This document shows positions 28,151-37,746 of a stretch of 64,000 bases of DNA, in pieces. Each line of letters begins with the position of its first letter. The first letter of the stretch is position 1. The notes below the pieces were generated by a model. The model saw only the letters and a list, made by a program, of their open reading frames with translations. It made no database searches and had not been told where the DNA came from. The DNA is taken from the NCBI GenBank assembly GCA_028711065.1, contig JAQTSY010000004.1:34522-98521 (forward strand). The letters are read 5' to 3'. This DNA is from Minisyncoccota bacterium. GTDB taxonomy: Bacteria > Patescibacteriota > Minisyncoccia > Phycocordibacterales > JAQTLZ01. The translations under genes and the position numbers were made by a program.

Positions 28151-29368
28151 ATGAATTTTGTATTTCAGACCATGACAACGAGCCCCTCATCACAACAGAA
28201 TAGATGCCTTTACTGCGGAAATAATCAGACAAATCACCCGATGGACAAGCTCACGGGGCTTTTCAACGGGATGACTGCCTCTTTCAATGAATATGTCCTG
28301 TATTCATACCCCGGAAGAAAGCTCATGCACGTAATTGAAAAGGGCCTTGTTCTTTTGTCCTGGATTTGGTTTCCGCTTCATATTGCTAAGTGGAGCGATG
28401 ACATTTCGAAAACAAAAATTGCTCGCGGGAAAGTACTTTGGGAAGAGGCAGAGAAGCGGGGCATAGCAATGGAACAGCTTATGGTTTTTGGACGCGCCAC
28501 GGATATCTATCGTGTTTATCTTGGCGACAAGTGGCGGCATTTCACAAGTCTTCCTCGTCCGGATTCAATCGAAGTTCCTGCTGCTGCGTGGATAGATGAC
28601 AAGGCGGTGCTCAAAAAGAAACTTTCTAGCGCTGGTGTGCAGGTTTCAAAAGGTGGAGGATTTTTCTTTTTCTGGAGCGCTCGGCGGATGTTTCGAAAAT
28701 TAGAAAAGCCGGTTGTGGTGAAGCCGAGGTTTGGTTCGCGCGGAAGGCATACGACCACATTTGTTTCGACAGAAGAAGAATTTAGGAGAGCATTTAAAGT
28801 CACGAAAACACTTTGTCCATTTGTAATAGTCGAAGAGCATCTTGTGGGGCCGGTTTTTCGCGCGACTGCTATTGATGGAGAAGTCCGAGGGCTTCTTGCC
28901 GGAGAGCCTCCGCGGATTATTGGAGATGGAGTCCATAGCATTCTTGAACTTATCCGGGAAAAAGATGCCCGAAAGACCGGCGAAGTAAAAGATGTGCCGG
29001 TTCATGCTCTTTTAGACGGTTATTTGAAGAGACGTGGGTTTTCTAGGGACAGCGTTTTGCCAAAAGGGAAAGAGATTGATCTGACGGAAAAGATCGGCGT
29101 TTCGTATGGCGGGAAAAGCATTGAGGTGATGGATATCGCTCATCCAAAATTTATTCCGGCCTTAAATAAAGTTGCGCGATTTATCAATGATCCGATCCTT
29201 GGTTTTGATTTTATTGCCGAAGATATTACAAAAGATCCCGACACGCAGAAGTGGGGAATTATCGAATGCAATGCGGTGCCATTCATTAATCTTCATCATG
29301 ATCCGCTCGAAGGGAAGCCTTCGAATGTCGCTTCAGCGGTTTGGGATATGTATTTAAAGAGGATGTAA
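28151..29368 (+). CDS. ATP-grasp ligase, cyanophycin-synthetase/RimK-like
   Basis: VVKPRFGSRGRHTT, IIGDGVHSILELI, ECNAVP; 405 aa with N-terminal Cys motif CLYCGNNQTNHP. Confidence 0.6.
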   Translation: MNFVFQTMTTSPSSQQNRCLYCGNNQTNHPMDKLTGLFNGMTASFNEYVLYSYPGRKLMHVIEKGLVLLSWIWFPLHIAKWSDDISKTKIARGKVLWEEAEKRGIAMEQLMVFGRATDIYRVYLGDKWRHFTSLPRPDSIEVPAAAWIDDKAVLKKKLSSAGVQVSKGGGFFFFWSARRMFRKLEKPVVVKPRFGSRGRHTTTFVSTEEEFRRAFKVTKTLCPFVIVEEHLVGPVFRATAIDGEVRGLLAGEPPRIIGDGVHSILELIREKDARKTGEVKDVPVHALLDGYLKRRGFSRDSVLPKGKEIDLTEKIGVSYGGKSIEVMDIAHPKFIPALNKVARFINDPILGFDFIAEDITKDPDTQKWGIIECNAVPFINLHHDPLEGKPSNVASAVWDMYLKRM

Positions 29369-29372
29369 AAGA

Positions 29373-29404
29373 AAAGGCCCGAGCGCTTTGCGCTCGGGCC
29401 TTTC
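29373..29404. terminator. bidirectional terminator AAAAGGCCCGAGCGCTTTGCGCTCGGGCCTTT
   Basis: 13-bp stem between convergent ATP-grasp and small ORF. Confidence 0.85.
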
Positions 29405-29408
29405 AGTC

Positions 29409-29639
29409 TTAATAGTTGTGTCTCTCTATGTCCGTAAGCATCCGGTCAATTTTCTGATACACATCTTTGAGATAGCGGTGAATTCCTCGGAGATTGCTTT
29501 GCGCCTCTCCCTCGTCTTGCGCCCCGTCAGTGTAATAGTAATTAATGACATCGCGATCCATCTCATCGCGAATGACCCGAAGCTGATCAATCACTTGATT
29601 TTGATATTTTCTCGACTCGTCTAGATTAAAGTCTGCCAT
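29409..29639 (-). CDS. small helical hypothetical protein (76 aa)
   Basis: MADFNLDESRKYQNQVIDQLRVIRDEMDRDVINYYYTDGAQDEGEAQ...; last gene of ABC-HExxH operon. Confidence 0.4.
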   Translation of the reverse strand: MADFNLDESRKYQNQVIDQLRVIRDEMDRDVINYYYTDGAQDEGEAQSNLRGIHRYLKDVYQKIDRMLTDIERHNY

Positions 29640-30202
29640 AAATGAAGTATAGCACTTTTTGTGTGCTCGATTATATTTGGCGTATCCACATACATTGAAA
29701 GCCAAAAACCAAAAGCTAAAGGCAAAAATCCATAGAGAAACCACAAAAACCTTCGATTATTTGCCCATTTCATGGGGTATACGAAGAGAAGTGATGCGTA
29801 GCGAAATACAAAACCGAGAGTTATGAAGTCTTTAAATCGCAGAGCTCTTTTTGAAGCATCAATAATGTTGTCCGTATCCTGATCGCTTGGGAACGCATGT
29901 ATTCCCGCTGAAAAAGAGATCCAAATGAGAAACAATTTCCAATACAAATCGATGTTTCCGTAAAAAGCGAGAAAGCTCGACAGGATTGCGATAAAAGTAT
30001 TTCCAATGAGTGGTCCGACAGAGATCCAAAACACCTGGCGGTATTTTGATGGCTCAGCATGGATAACTTGGCCAACAGGATTTCCAAAACGGAAGTACGA
30101 AACTTTAAAAACGTAGACTCCATGCCAATCGCAAAATTTCTTGTGAGAATATTCGTGGAACACAACGCCCGGGAAGGTGAGGAGAGAGATGAACCATGCC
30201 AT
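29621..30202 (-). CDS. membrane-embedded putative zinc metallopeptidase (HExxH motif, DUF3267-like)
   Basis: HEYSH within first TM region, 4-5 TM helices. Confidence 0.45.
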   Translation of the reverse strand: MAWFISLLTFPGVVFHEYSHKKFCDWHGVYVFKVSYFRFGNPVGQVIHAEPSKYRQVFWISVGPLIGNTFIAILSSFLAFYGNIDLYWKLFLIWISFSAGIHAFPSDQDTDNIIDASKRALRFKDFITLGFVFRYASLLFVYPMKWANNRRFLWFLYGFLPLAFGFWLSMYVDTPNIIEHTKSAILHLWQTLI

Positions 30203-30230
30203 CTCATAATTGTAGCACTTTTAAACTATT

Positions 30231-31994
30231 TCATTCCTGCAAAAATCCGCCTGTCTGATGATTCCATAATTCCGCGTAGACTTTGTTGTCTGCGACAAGC
30301 TCGCTATGGGTTCCCATACCCACAATTTCGCCATCCTCAAGAACAATAATTCTGTCCATTTTCTGAACAGTACTCAATCTGTGAGCGATGACGATGACCG
30401 TTTTGTTTTTCATAAGTTCCGCGAATGCTTCTTGTATATATGATTCGCTTACGCTGTCGAGCGAGCTTGTGGCCTCATCGAGAACGAGGATTGGCGTATT
30501 CTTAAGCATTGCTCTCGCAATCGCTACGCGTTGGCGTTCTCCGCCGGAAAGCTTTACTCCTCTTTCGCCGACCAGGGTATCGTATCCTTTAGGAAGCTTT
30601 GTGATGAACTCGTGAGCGTGAGCTTTTCTCGCTACATTTTGTATTTCCTCATCACTCGCTTCCGGTTTTCCGTAAGCTATATTTTCCCGGATAGTTCGAT
30701 GAAAGAGGATTGAATCTTGCGGTACGTAAGAGATGACAGAGCGCAGATCATTCTGGGTGATTTCTTTTATATCTTGCCCGTCAATCTTCACAGCTCCTTT
30801 TGTCACATCGATAAATCGGAGGAGTAGTTTCGTGATGGTTGATTTTCCCGCTCCGGAATGTCCGACGACGCCGATTCTCTCTCCAGAGCGGATTGCGAGG
30901 GTAAAATGTTCTAGCACATTGATCCCACCTTTATAGATAAAAGAGACATCGTCGAAGTGAATTTCGCCCTTCCCAATTTTCACTGGTTCTGGTTTTTTAG
31001 AATCCATAACATCTATCTCCAAATCAAAAATATCCACTATTTCTTTCATATCCGTAGTGGCTTTTATCGCTTTGGTAAGAGATTTTCCCAAGCTCCAGAG
31101 TATATCGAAGAGATTGAACATATAAAAAACCAAAAGGGCGAAAGTGCCGACAGACAATAATCCCTCATACCACAAATGGATGCTTACGTATATGACAGTA
31201 AACTGAAGTATTGCCATGAGAAAAGCCTGCAGTGCGTTCTGGAAATTTCCCATATACCACGCGTGCCTGCGTCTTTTCTCCTCGTCCGACGTGACGTCTT
31301 TGAACGCTTCGCTCTCCTCTTTATCTCTCGCGAATATTTTTATCGTAAGCACATTTAAAATTGCATCTGAAAGCCGAGCAGTGACGCGCGAATCGGCGGC
31401 CGCTTCTTCTAAGTCGAACGCCATCTTTCTTTTGATGAAGAGGACGGTGATAGTGATATAGAGAAGTGCCCATGCCAAAAATATCCAAGCGAGGAGAGGC
31501 GCCTTTATGAAAAGGATTACAATAATGCCCGATACAGTGACGAGAGAAAAGAATATCTGATAAGAAATGATGTCCGCCAAAGTTTCGAATGATCTGGTAA
31601 AACGTTTTGTTTTGGCGACGATGCTTCCCGAGAAATTATTTGAGAAGAAATAATATGAATGTTTGAGAAGTCTGTCGAAGGTGGAATCATAGAGATCCTT
31701 CATCACTTTGCTTTGAAAATACGAGCTCGCGTAATCACCAACACGAAAGCCCACATTGTGGAGGATGATAGTAATTACCAAAAGTCCCGCAATCGCCATA
31801 AGTGCGGAGAGGATAACATCGGGTGTGGCGCCGGAAGAGACGCTGTCTATGATTTCCTTGTAGAGATAGGGTTTTACGATACTGTCGAAAATAATTCCGA
31901 AAGCGTAGCTGAAAAAAATCAAAAAGAAAGAAACCTTATATTTTTTAATATGAGGCTTGATGTAGAATAAAATTCTAGATAGATACGATTTCAT
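30231..31994 (-). CDS. ABC exporter, fused permease/ATPase (MsbA-like)
   Basis: six TM helices + Walker A GHSGAGKST, signature LSGGERQRVAIARAML, Walker B ILVLDEATS; start trimmed to avoid tRNA-Ser. Confidence 0.88.
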   Translation of the reverse strand: MKSYLSRILFYIKPHIKKYKVSFFLIFFSYAFGIIFDSIVKPYLYKEIIDSVSSGATPDVILSALMAIAGLLVITIILHNVGFRVGDYASSYFQSKVMKDLYDSTFDRLLKHSYYFFSNNFSGSIVAKTKRFTRSFETLADIISYQIFFSLVTVSGIIVILFIKAPLLAWIFLAWALLYITITVLFIKRKMAFDLEEAAADSRVTARLSDAILNVLTIKIFARDKEESEAFKDVTSDEEKRRRHAWYMGNFQNALQAFLMAILQFTVIYVSIHLWYEGLLSVGTFALLVFYMFNLFDILWSLGKSLTKAIKATTDMKEIVDIFDLEIDVMDSKKPEPVKIGKGEIHFDDVSFIYKGGINVLEHFTLAIRSGERIGVVGHSGAGKSTITKLLLRFIDVTKGAVKIDGQDIKEITQNDLRSVISYVPQDSILFHRTIRENIAYGKPEASDEEIQNVARKAHAHEFITKLPKGYDTLVGERGVKLSGGERQRVAIARAMLKNTPILVLDEATSSLDSVSESYIQEAFAELMKNKTVIVIAHRLSTVQKMDRIIVLEDGEIVGMGTHSELVADNKVYAELWNHQTGGFLQE

Positions 31995-31997
31995 TGC

Positions 31998-32083
31998 GGA
32001 GGAGGTGAGATTCGAACTCACGACCCAGTTGCCCAGGTGACGGTTTTCAAGACCGTTGCTTTAGACCGCTCAGCCACTCCTCC
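31998..32083 (-). tRNA. tRNA-Ser(TGA)
   Basis: GGAGGAGTGGCTGAGCGGTCTAAAGCAACGGTCTTGAAAACCGTCACCTGGGCAACTGGGTCGTGAGTTCGAATCTCACCTCCTCCG; long variable arm, discriminator G. Confidence 0.88.
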
Positions 32084-32174
32084 AATAGAGAGGGATAATA
32101 TCAGAAAAGTTGATTTTCGGATACCTCTTGCGATTCTCACTCGCAAGACCTACAATCAATCCAATATTTGCAAA

Positions 32175-33110
32175 ATGAAAGAAAAGAAACCAATTCTCGT
32201 AACCTCATACGTCAACCCTGATCTTGATGGGCTCTCTTGTCTTTTTGCTTACACTGAATTTTTGAAAAGCCAGGGGAAAAATGTCATTGCGGGGATCATT
32301 GGGATACCTCACGAAGAAGCAAGGTATGTTCTTGAGCGTTTCGAGATCTCTTCTCCGAAAGCATTTAAAAATGCGAAAAAATTTGACGAAATCATCCTTC
32401 TTGATGCAAGTGTGGCGAATAATCTTGAGGATACAATTCGTCCAGAACAAGTGATAGAGATCATCGATCATAGGCAGGTTCACGAAGCAGGTAAATTTCC
32501 CAACGCAAAAGCTCAAATAGAACTTGTGGGAGCAGCGGCAACGTTAGTTGCGGAAAAATTTATGAAGGAAAACATCGTTCCTTCAAAAGAATCCACCCTT
32601 CTTCTCTCTTCAGCGATTATTTCTAACACTTTCAATTTTAAAGCTGGAGTTACAACAGATCGGGATAGGGAAGCGGCAAAGTGGCTGCATAAAATTGCAA
32701 AATTGCCCGAGGGTTTCTGGAAAGAACTTTTTATGGCAAAATCAGATATGACAGGAACAAAATTGTGGGAAAAGATTGAGGGAGATTTTTCATGGAATTT
32801 GCTTGGAGGAAAAAAAGTTGGAACCGCGCAAATAGAAATGATTGGAGCTAAAGCTTTAATCCACGAGCGTCTTTCAGAGATTCTTGATTATCTCCATAGA
32901 TTAAAGAAAGAGTTGGTTCTTGATTTTATCTTCTTGAATGCTGTGGATCTTGAGGTGGGTGAAGTGTTTTTAATTACTGATGAACAGGACACTCGAGACC
33001 TTTTAGAAAAAATCCTCGGTATTCATTTTGTCGGTAATATTGCGAGAAAGGGAGAATTTATTATGCGCAAGCAAATCAAACCTCTTATTAAACAAGCTTT
33101 AGAAAAATAA
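32175..33110 (+). CDS. DHH-family phosphoesterase NrnA-like (nanoRNase/pAp phosphatase)
   Basis: NPDLDGLSC, DHR motif (IIDHRQVH), DHHA1-like C-domain; start set downstream of tRNA. Confidence 0.7.
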   Translation: MKEKKPILVTSYVNPDLDGLSCLFAYTEFLKSQGKNVIAGIIGIPHEEARYVLERFEISSPKAFKNAKKFDEIILLDASVANNLEDTIRPEQVIEIIDHRQVHEAGKFPNAKAQIELVGAAATLVAEKFMKENIVPSKESTLLLSSAIISNTFNFKAGVTTDRDREAAKWLHKIAKLPEGFWKELFMAKSDMTGTKLWEKIEGDFSWNLLGGKKVGTAQIEMIGAKALIHERLSEILDYLHRLKKELVLDFIFLNAVDLEVGEVFLITDEQDTRDLLEKILGIHFVGNIARKGEFIMRKQIKPLIKQALEK

Positions 33111-33111
33111 T

Positions 33112-33690
33112 ATGTTTACCGGAATCATCACACATCTTGGGAAATTCGAGCGAAATGAGAAAGAGAAATTTTTCTTCTCTGCCTCGGCATCTTTTCTTGA
33201 TATGCTGCATCCAAGCGACAGTGTGTCGGTAAACGGCGCGTGCCTGACTGTAGTGAAAAAAACAAAGGGAGAATTTTTCGTGAATCTTATGCCTGAAACG
33301 GTAAAGAGGACGATGCTCGGGACTTTGCTCCCGAAGACTGTCGTAAATTTGGAATTGCCCGCAACTCCGCGTTCTTTTCTTGCTGGACACATCGTTCAGG
33401 GGCACATTGATGGAGTGGGAGCTCTCTCGAAAATGGAAAAGAAAGGAAATAGCAAGATTTTGGAAATAGTCGTCGAGAAGAAACTGCTGCGCTATATTGT
33501 GAATCAGGGTTCTGTCGCAGTGAATGGGATCTCGCTTACGGTTATCGAAGCAAAGCAAAAAAGTTTTACCGTCGGTATTATTCCTTATACGTGGCAGCAT
33601 ACGATGCTTCAGGGAATAAAAGTGGGGGACAAGGTGAATACAGAAGTCGATATTCTTGCAAAATATGCTGAAAAAATCTCAAAGTACTAA
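33112..33690 (+). CDS. ribE: riboflavin synthase alpha subunit
   Basis: MFTGIITHLG N-terminus, two lumazine-binding repeats (VSVNGACLTV / VAVNGISLTV). Confidence 0.85.
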   Translation: MFTGIITHLGKFERNEKEKFFFSASASFLDMLHPSDSVSVNGACLTVVKKTKGEFFVNLMPETVKRTMLGTLLPKTVVNLELPATPRSFLAGHIVQGHIDGVGALSKMEKKGNSKILEIVVEKKLLRYIVNQGSVAVNGISLTVIEAKQKSFTVGIIPYTWQHTMLQGIKVGDKVNTEVDILAKYAEKISKY

Positions 33691-34150
33691 AAACATCTCG
33701 CGCGTGTCTACGGGTAAAATAAAAATCGGCATTGTCCGAAGTGTTTTTAATACTGAAATGACCGAGAGTCTCGAGAAAGCTTGCCGAAAGACTTTACTGA
33801 AAGCGGGAGTACTGGAGAAAAATATTGTGACCGCAACTGTGCCAGGAGCGCTTGAGATTCCAATTACCGCGCAAGCTCTCGCAAAGACGAAAAAATACGA
33901 TTGTCTCATTGCTTTTGGAGTGGTGCTGAAAGGTGAGACGTATCATTTCGAGCTAGTCGCGAATGAATCAGCTAGAGGGTGCGCGCAAGTTGCACTGGAG
34001 TATCATATTCCGATAATCATGGAAATTCTCTCTGTCTATACAATAAAGCAGGCAAAAGCCCGGACGGGGAATGACGGCTATAATAAAGGAATTGAAGCGG
34101 CAAATGCCACGCTTCATATTATAGAGACCTTAGCTAGTATAAAGAAATAA
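33656..34150 (+). CDS. ribH: 6,7-dimethyl-8-ribityllumazine synthase
   Basis: IGIVRSVFN...TVPGALEIP...GVVLKGETYHFE signature. Confidence 0.85.
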   Translation: MQNMLKKSQSTKNISRVSTGKIKIGIVRSVFNTEMTESLEKACRKTLLKAGVLEKNIVTATVPGALEIPITAQALAKTKKYDCLIAFGVVLKGETYHFELVANESARGCAQVALEYHIPIIMEILSVYTIKQAKARTGNDGYNKGIEAANATLHIIETLASIKK

Positions 34151-34591
34151 ATGACCAAATTTCTCGGAATTGATTATGGTTCAAAAAGAATTGGCATTGC
34201 GACTTCGGATGAAGGCGGCAAAATCGCTTTTCCGAAAGCGATTTTGCCGCGAGATGCGAAACTTCTCGATGAAATTCAAAAAATCTGTATGGAAGAAGAA
34301 ATCGGCGAAATCGTGATAGGCGAGTCGGTTGATTACAAAGGACAGCCGAACTCAATCATGAAAGATATTTTAATTTTCAAAACCGCTCTTTTGGGGAAAG
34401 TTTCTCTTCCGGTCCATTTCGAACCGGAATTTATGACTTCCCATGAAGCTTCGAAAAACAAAAACAGAATGCAGAGAATGGGGAATGAAAGGGAAGACGG
34501 CAGAGCAGGACGAAAACCACAAGTGAAAGAATCAGTAGATGCATTTGCGGCGGCGCTCATTTTACAAAACTTTTTAGATAAGAAAAAATAA
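34151..34591 (+). CDS. ruvX: Holliday junction resolvase-like RuvX/YqgF
   Basis: MTKFLGIDYGSKRIGIATSD. Confidence 0.85.
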   Translation: MTKFLGIDYGSKRIGIATSDEGGKIAFPKAILPRDAKLLDEIQKICMEEEIGEIVIGESVDYKGQPNSIMKDILIFKTALLGKVSLPVHFEPEFMTSHEASKNKNRMQRMGNEREDGRAGRKPQVKESVDAFAAALILQNFLDKKK

Positions 34592-34592
34592 T

Positions 34593-34976
34593 ATGGAAGA
34601 AAAAAAAGAAGAGAAAAAGATCGAACCAAAACCGGTTGCACCGGCAAAAATTTCTTACGATGATTTTGCAAAAGTGGAAATCCGAGCCGGAAAAATCCTT
34701 TCTGCCGAAAAAATTCCTGATACTGACAAACTTTTGAAGCTCATGGTGGATTTCGCCGAAGGCACGCCTCGCCAAATTGTTTCGGGTATTTCAGCATATT
34801 TTCCTAATCCTGCTGTTTTGGTAGGCAAAACCTGCATGTTTGTGACGAATCTCGAACCAAGAACGATTAAGGGTTTCGAAAGTAACGGAATGCTTTTCGC
34901 GGTAAGTACTCCAGAAGGCGTTTTTTCACTTCTTGAACCGAAAGAGGGTATACCTCCGGGTTGCAAGGCCAAATAA
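34593..34976 (+). CDS. tRNA-binding domain protein (CsaA/Trbp111-like)
   Basis: EIRAGKILSAEKIPDTDKLLKLMVDFAEG...QIVSGI OB-fold signature. Confidence 0.75.
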   Translation: MEEKKEEKKIEPKPVAPAKISYDDFAKVEIRAGKILSAEKIPDTDKLLKLMVDFAEGTPRQIVSGISAYFPNPAVLVGKTCMFVTNLEPRTIKGFESNGMLFAVSTPEGVFSLLEPKEGIPPGCKAK

Positions 34977-35021
34977 GCATTTTCTCTCCGCCTTTCTCTT
35001 GGTATAATAAAAGGACATTCT

Positions 35022-36146
35022 ATGTCCTTTGCTTCTTCAAAACATCCTCACCCGAGTGCCACGAAATTGTTTCCCGTACCGAAATTTCTTGTCATGCCTT
35101 TTGCTTCCGTCGATATTTCGGAAGGAGCTCTCCGAGCGATGAAATTAGAGAGAACTTCGTATGGCTTTCGTGTGGAAAAATATTTCGAGCAAATGCTACC
35201 TCCGGAAACAATCGTGGCTGGCACTATTGAGAAACCCGGCCCTCTCGCTGAAGCTCTGCGTACTATTCGGCGCGAATTTAAAGTCCAATTCGTAAAAGCT
35301 TCTCTTCCTGATGAGAAAACCTATCTCTTTCGGGCGGAGGTTCCGTATGTTCAAGGAGCTGATCTGAAAGAAAGCATCGAGTTTCTTTTAGAGGAAAATG
35401 TGCCGTTAAGTCCTGCTGATTCTTTATTTGAATACGCTGTCATGCCCGGGACCTTACCGCATGAACGCATTCCCGTCATCGTTTCTGTAGTTCCCAAAGA
35501 CGTCGTCTCATCGTATCTTTCCCTTCTTCATTCTGCTGGTTTGGTTCCTTTATCATTTGAAATAAGAAGCCAGGCGCTTGCCAATTCTCTTTTGCAGAGA
35601 GGTGATATGCGGACAACTCTTTTGGTGCATATTGGCCACTCAAAAACGACTCTTGCTGTTGTGGAAGGAGGGGCAGTTCAATTTTCTTCTGTCATTGCGG
35701 TTGGAGGAACGACACTTACCTCGGCGGTCGCGCGAGCATTTTCTGTGTCCGAACAGGAAGCGCGAGAGATGAAAGAGAAAAAGAGTTTTATAAACACGAC
35801 AAGCAATCAGGAATTTTTTTCTTCTCTTTTGAATTCAGTATCTGTTATTAAGGATGAGATGCGGAAGGTGAGCCTGTACTGGGAAGATCAGGGTAATGAT
35901 TCAAAAGGGTCTCCGCGAAAAATCGAAAGAATTGTTTTGTCCGGAAAAAATTCAGCGGTGTCCGGTCTTCGGGAGCACATTGCTCTTGATATGGGTAAAA
36001 AAGTTGATATCGCCAATATCTGGACGAATGTTGCTTCTCAAGATATCTACATCCCGCCAATTTCATATCTGCAATCTCTCTCCTTCGCGCCTGCAGTCGG
36101 TCTCGCGCTTCCTTGGCCAGTTTCTTCCCAGATGTATCATGCTTGA
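35022..36146 (+). CDS. pilM: type IV pilus assembly protein PilM (actin-like ATPase fold)
   Basis: 374 aa; PilM-family pattern, followed by overlapping pilN. Confidence 0.75.
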   Translation: MSFASSKHPHPSATKLFPVPKFLVMPFASVDISEGALRAMKLERTSYGFRVEKYFEQMLPPETIVAGTIEKPGPLAEALRTIRREFKVQFVKASLPDEKTYLFRAEVPYVQGADLKESIEFLLEENVPLSPADSLFEYAVMPGTLPHERIPVIVSVVPKDVVSSYLSLLHSAGLVPLSFEIRSQALANSLLQRGDMRTTLLVHIGHSKTTLAVVEGGAVQFSSVIAVGGTTLTSAVARAFSVSEQEAREMKEKKSFINTTSNQEFFSSLLNSVSVIKDEMRKVSLYWEDQGNDSKGSPRKIERIVLSGKNSAVSGLREHIALDMGKKVDIANIWTNVASQDIYIPPISYLQSLSFAPAVGLALPWPVSSQMYHA

Positions 36147-36684
36147 TTTTCTTCCCAAAGAGATAAAACACCTTCTCAAGGGCGAGTATGCTCTTCGAGT
36201 AGCTACGCTTGGCCTCCTGCTTTCATTTGTACTTTTCCTTTTGTACGCGTCTTTCCTTCTGCCCTCCTTTTTTCTTTCCAGGGTAAAAGAAAATGTAGCG
36301 GTAAGTAGAGCCGAGCCGGTACTTTCATCTGAAGATATGAGGAAGAGCAAATCTTTGCAAGAAGATCTCCTTACTGTGAAGAAAAATCTTGTGTCACTCA
36401 AGGTGAATACAGCAACATCTACTCTTCCACTTCCTATTGATGTTATCGATGCAGTCTTAGTTCGACCTCTCGGTATAAAAATTAATGCGCTTTCTTATGA
36501 TGAAGCAACTTCTGGAACAGGATCATTGAATGTAACAGGAACAGCCTCAAGCCGGGATATTCTTGTTGCATATGTGAAAATGGTTCAAGGACAAAGATTT
36601 TTTACTAAAGTCGATTTCCCAATCTCAAATCTCGCTTCGGAAAAAGATATTAATTTCACCATTCATGCAACCGGAACATTCTGA
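36139..36684 (+). CDS. pilN: type IV pilus assembly protein PilN
   Basis: start ATG 36139 overlapping pilM stop; N-terminal TM LRVATLGLLLSFVLFLLY, coiled region. Confidence 0.65.
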   Translation: MLDFLPKEIKHLLKGEYALRVATLGLLLSFVLFLLYASFLLPSFFLSRVKENVAVSRAEPVLSSEDMRKSKSLQEDLLTVKKNLVSLKVNTATSTLPLPIDVIDAVLVRPLGIKINALSYDEATSGTGSLNVTGTASSRDILVAYVKMVQGQRFFTKVDFPISNLASEKDINFTIHATGTF

Positions 36685-37222
36685 CAATTTTCCCAAGACA
36701 AAGACCGCGTCTCTCTTTGCGCTCGTGGTCATTCTTAATCTCGCTGCGCTTTTTGGAGTCGTCTTTCTCTTTTTGTTGATCCGCAATATGAACGAACATG
36801 CTTTTACAGTGAATAACGATCTGGTGGCGGCGATTGCAGAGAAAGATGCGATTCAGTCGCTTGAAAAAACGGTAAATGCAATGCAGTCGGATACGCAGAC
36901 ACTTAGTTCATTTTTGGTTACCAAAGATAATGTGGTGGATTTTTTGGCCCGCATCGAAGATCTCGGAAAAGCCACTCACTGTACAACAAAAGTAAATACG
37001 GTAGAAGAAGTCAAAAATGGCCAAGTATCGAAAATTCGCCTTTCCGTGTCTATAAGTGGTTCGTGGACGGCGATGCATACTTTTCTCGCGGCCCTTCTCA
37101 ACATGCCATATAAACTGGATCTCAAGAACGTTTCTTTCATATCTTCTCTTGGGGATGATTCGGAAAAGACACAGCGAGTTTGGACGGGAGCTTTTAATTT
37201 TACAGTACTAGAATCTCAATAA
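36665..37222 (+). CDS. pilO: type IV pilus assembly protein PilO-like
   Basis: N-terminal TM, coiled-coil, ferredoxin-like C-domain pattern; overlaps pilN end. Confidence 0.55.
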   Translation: MQPEHSDNFPKTKTASLFALVVILNLAALFGVVFLFLLIRNMNEHAFTVNNDLVAAIAEKDAIQSLEKTVNAMQSDTQTLSSFLVTKDNVVDFLARIEDLGKATHCTTKVNTVEEVKNGQVSKIRLSVSISGSWTAMHTFLAALLNMPYKLDLKNVSFISSLGDDSEKTQRVWTGAFNFTVLESQ

Positions 37223-37227
37223 CACAC

Positions 37228-37557
37228 ATGGGGAAATTGCAACATTTTTTTAGAGGCTTTTTGAAGAAGGGAAACAAAAGACCTGAAAGGCGCGTTTGGC
37301 CTCGTTCAGAAAGAAATTGGGAACTTCTCCTTGCAAGCTTCTTTCTTCTTTTTATTATCGGAGCAGTAGCAAGTGCCTATCTCTTTCGAAGTATTTCGCG
37401 AGGTGAGATTTTCAGAGTTGAGACGCCGACAAATAATCAGACGTCCGTTATTGACCAGGATCTTTTAAAAAATACAATTGATTTCTATCAAAATAAGGCG
37501 CTGAATTTGAAGGAGATTACTACTCATTCTAAGGTTTTGGTGGATCCGTCGATTTAG
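37228..37557 (+). CDS. small membrane protein, last gene of pilMNO operon (PilP-like?)
   Basis: 109 aa, one TM helix. Confidence 0.4.
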   Translation: MGKLQHFFRGFLKKGNKRPERRVWPRSERNWELLLASFFLLFIIGAVASAYLFRSISRGEIFRVETPTNNQTSVIDQDLLKNTIDFYQNKALNLKEITTHSKVLVDPSI

Positions 37558-37571
37558 AGAGGGGGACATAA

Positions 37572-37746
37572 AAAGAAAAACACCAACTGCTTGGTGTTTT
37601 TCTTTTGTGTGGTCAGGAATAATTTTGTTTTCGTCAAAACAAAATTTTCACGACCCTGCCTCGCGGTTTCGCATGTTTGCGAAACATCGCTCCGGCTGGC
37701 ACATATAAGAAAAAGAACCAAGCAGTTGGTTCTTTTTCTTATATGT
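37572..37746. repeat. cluster of four hairpins between pil operon end and tRNA-Arg
   Basis: GAAAAACACCAA-CTGC-TTGGTGTTTTTC (37572-37599); AATTTTGTTTT-CGTC-AAAACAAAATT; TTTCGCA-TGTT-TGCGAAA; 21-bp perfect stem ACATATAAGAAAAAGAACCAA-GCAG-TTGGTTCTTTTTCTTATATGT (37701-37746) abutting tRNA 3' end; first and last hairpins are related (CTGC/GCAG loops). Confidence 0.8.

Noticed and set aside
32037-32174. N-terminal extension of nrnA ORF and of the ABC transporter ORF (to 32021) across tRNA-Ser
   Set aside because: Both would be translated from tRNA sequence. Downstream in-frame ATGs give proteins that begin at the conserved domain.
35896-36138. Long upstream extension of pilN (ORF 35896-36684)
   Set aside because: The extension lies inside pilM in another frame. 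The ATG at 36139 gives the canonical pilM-pilN stop/start overlap and a TM-first PilN.
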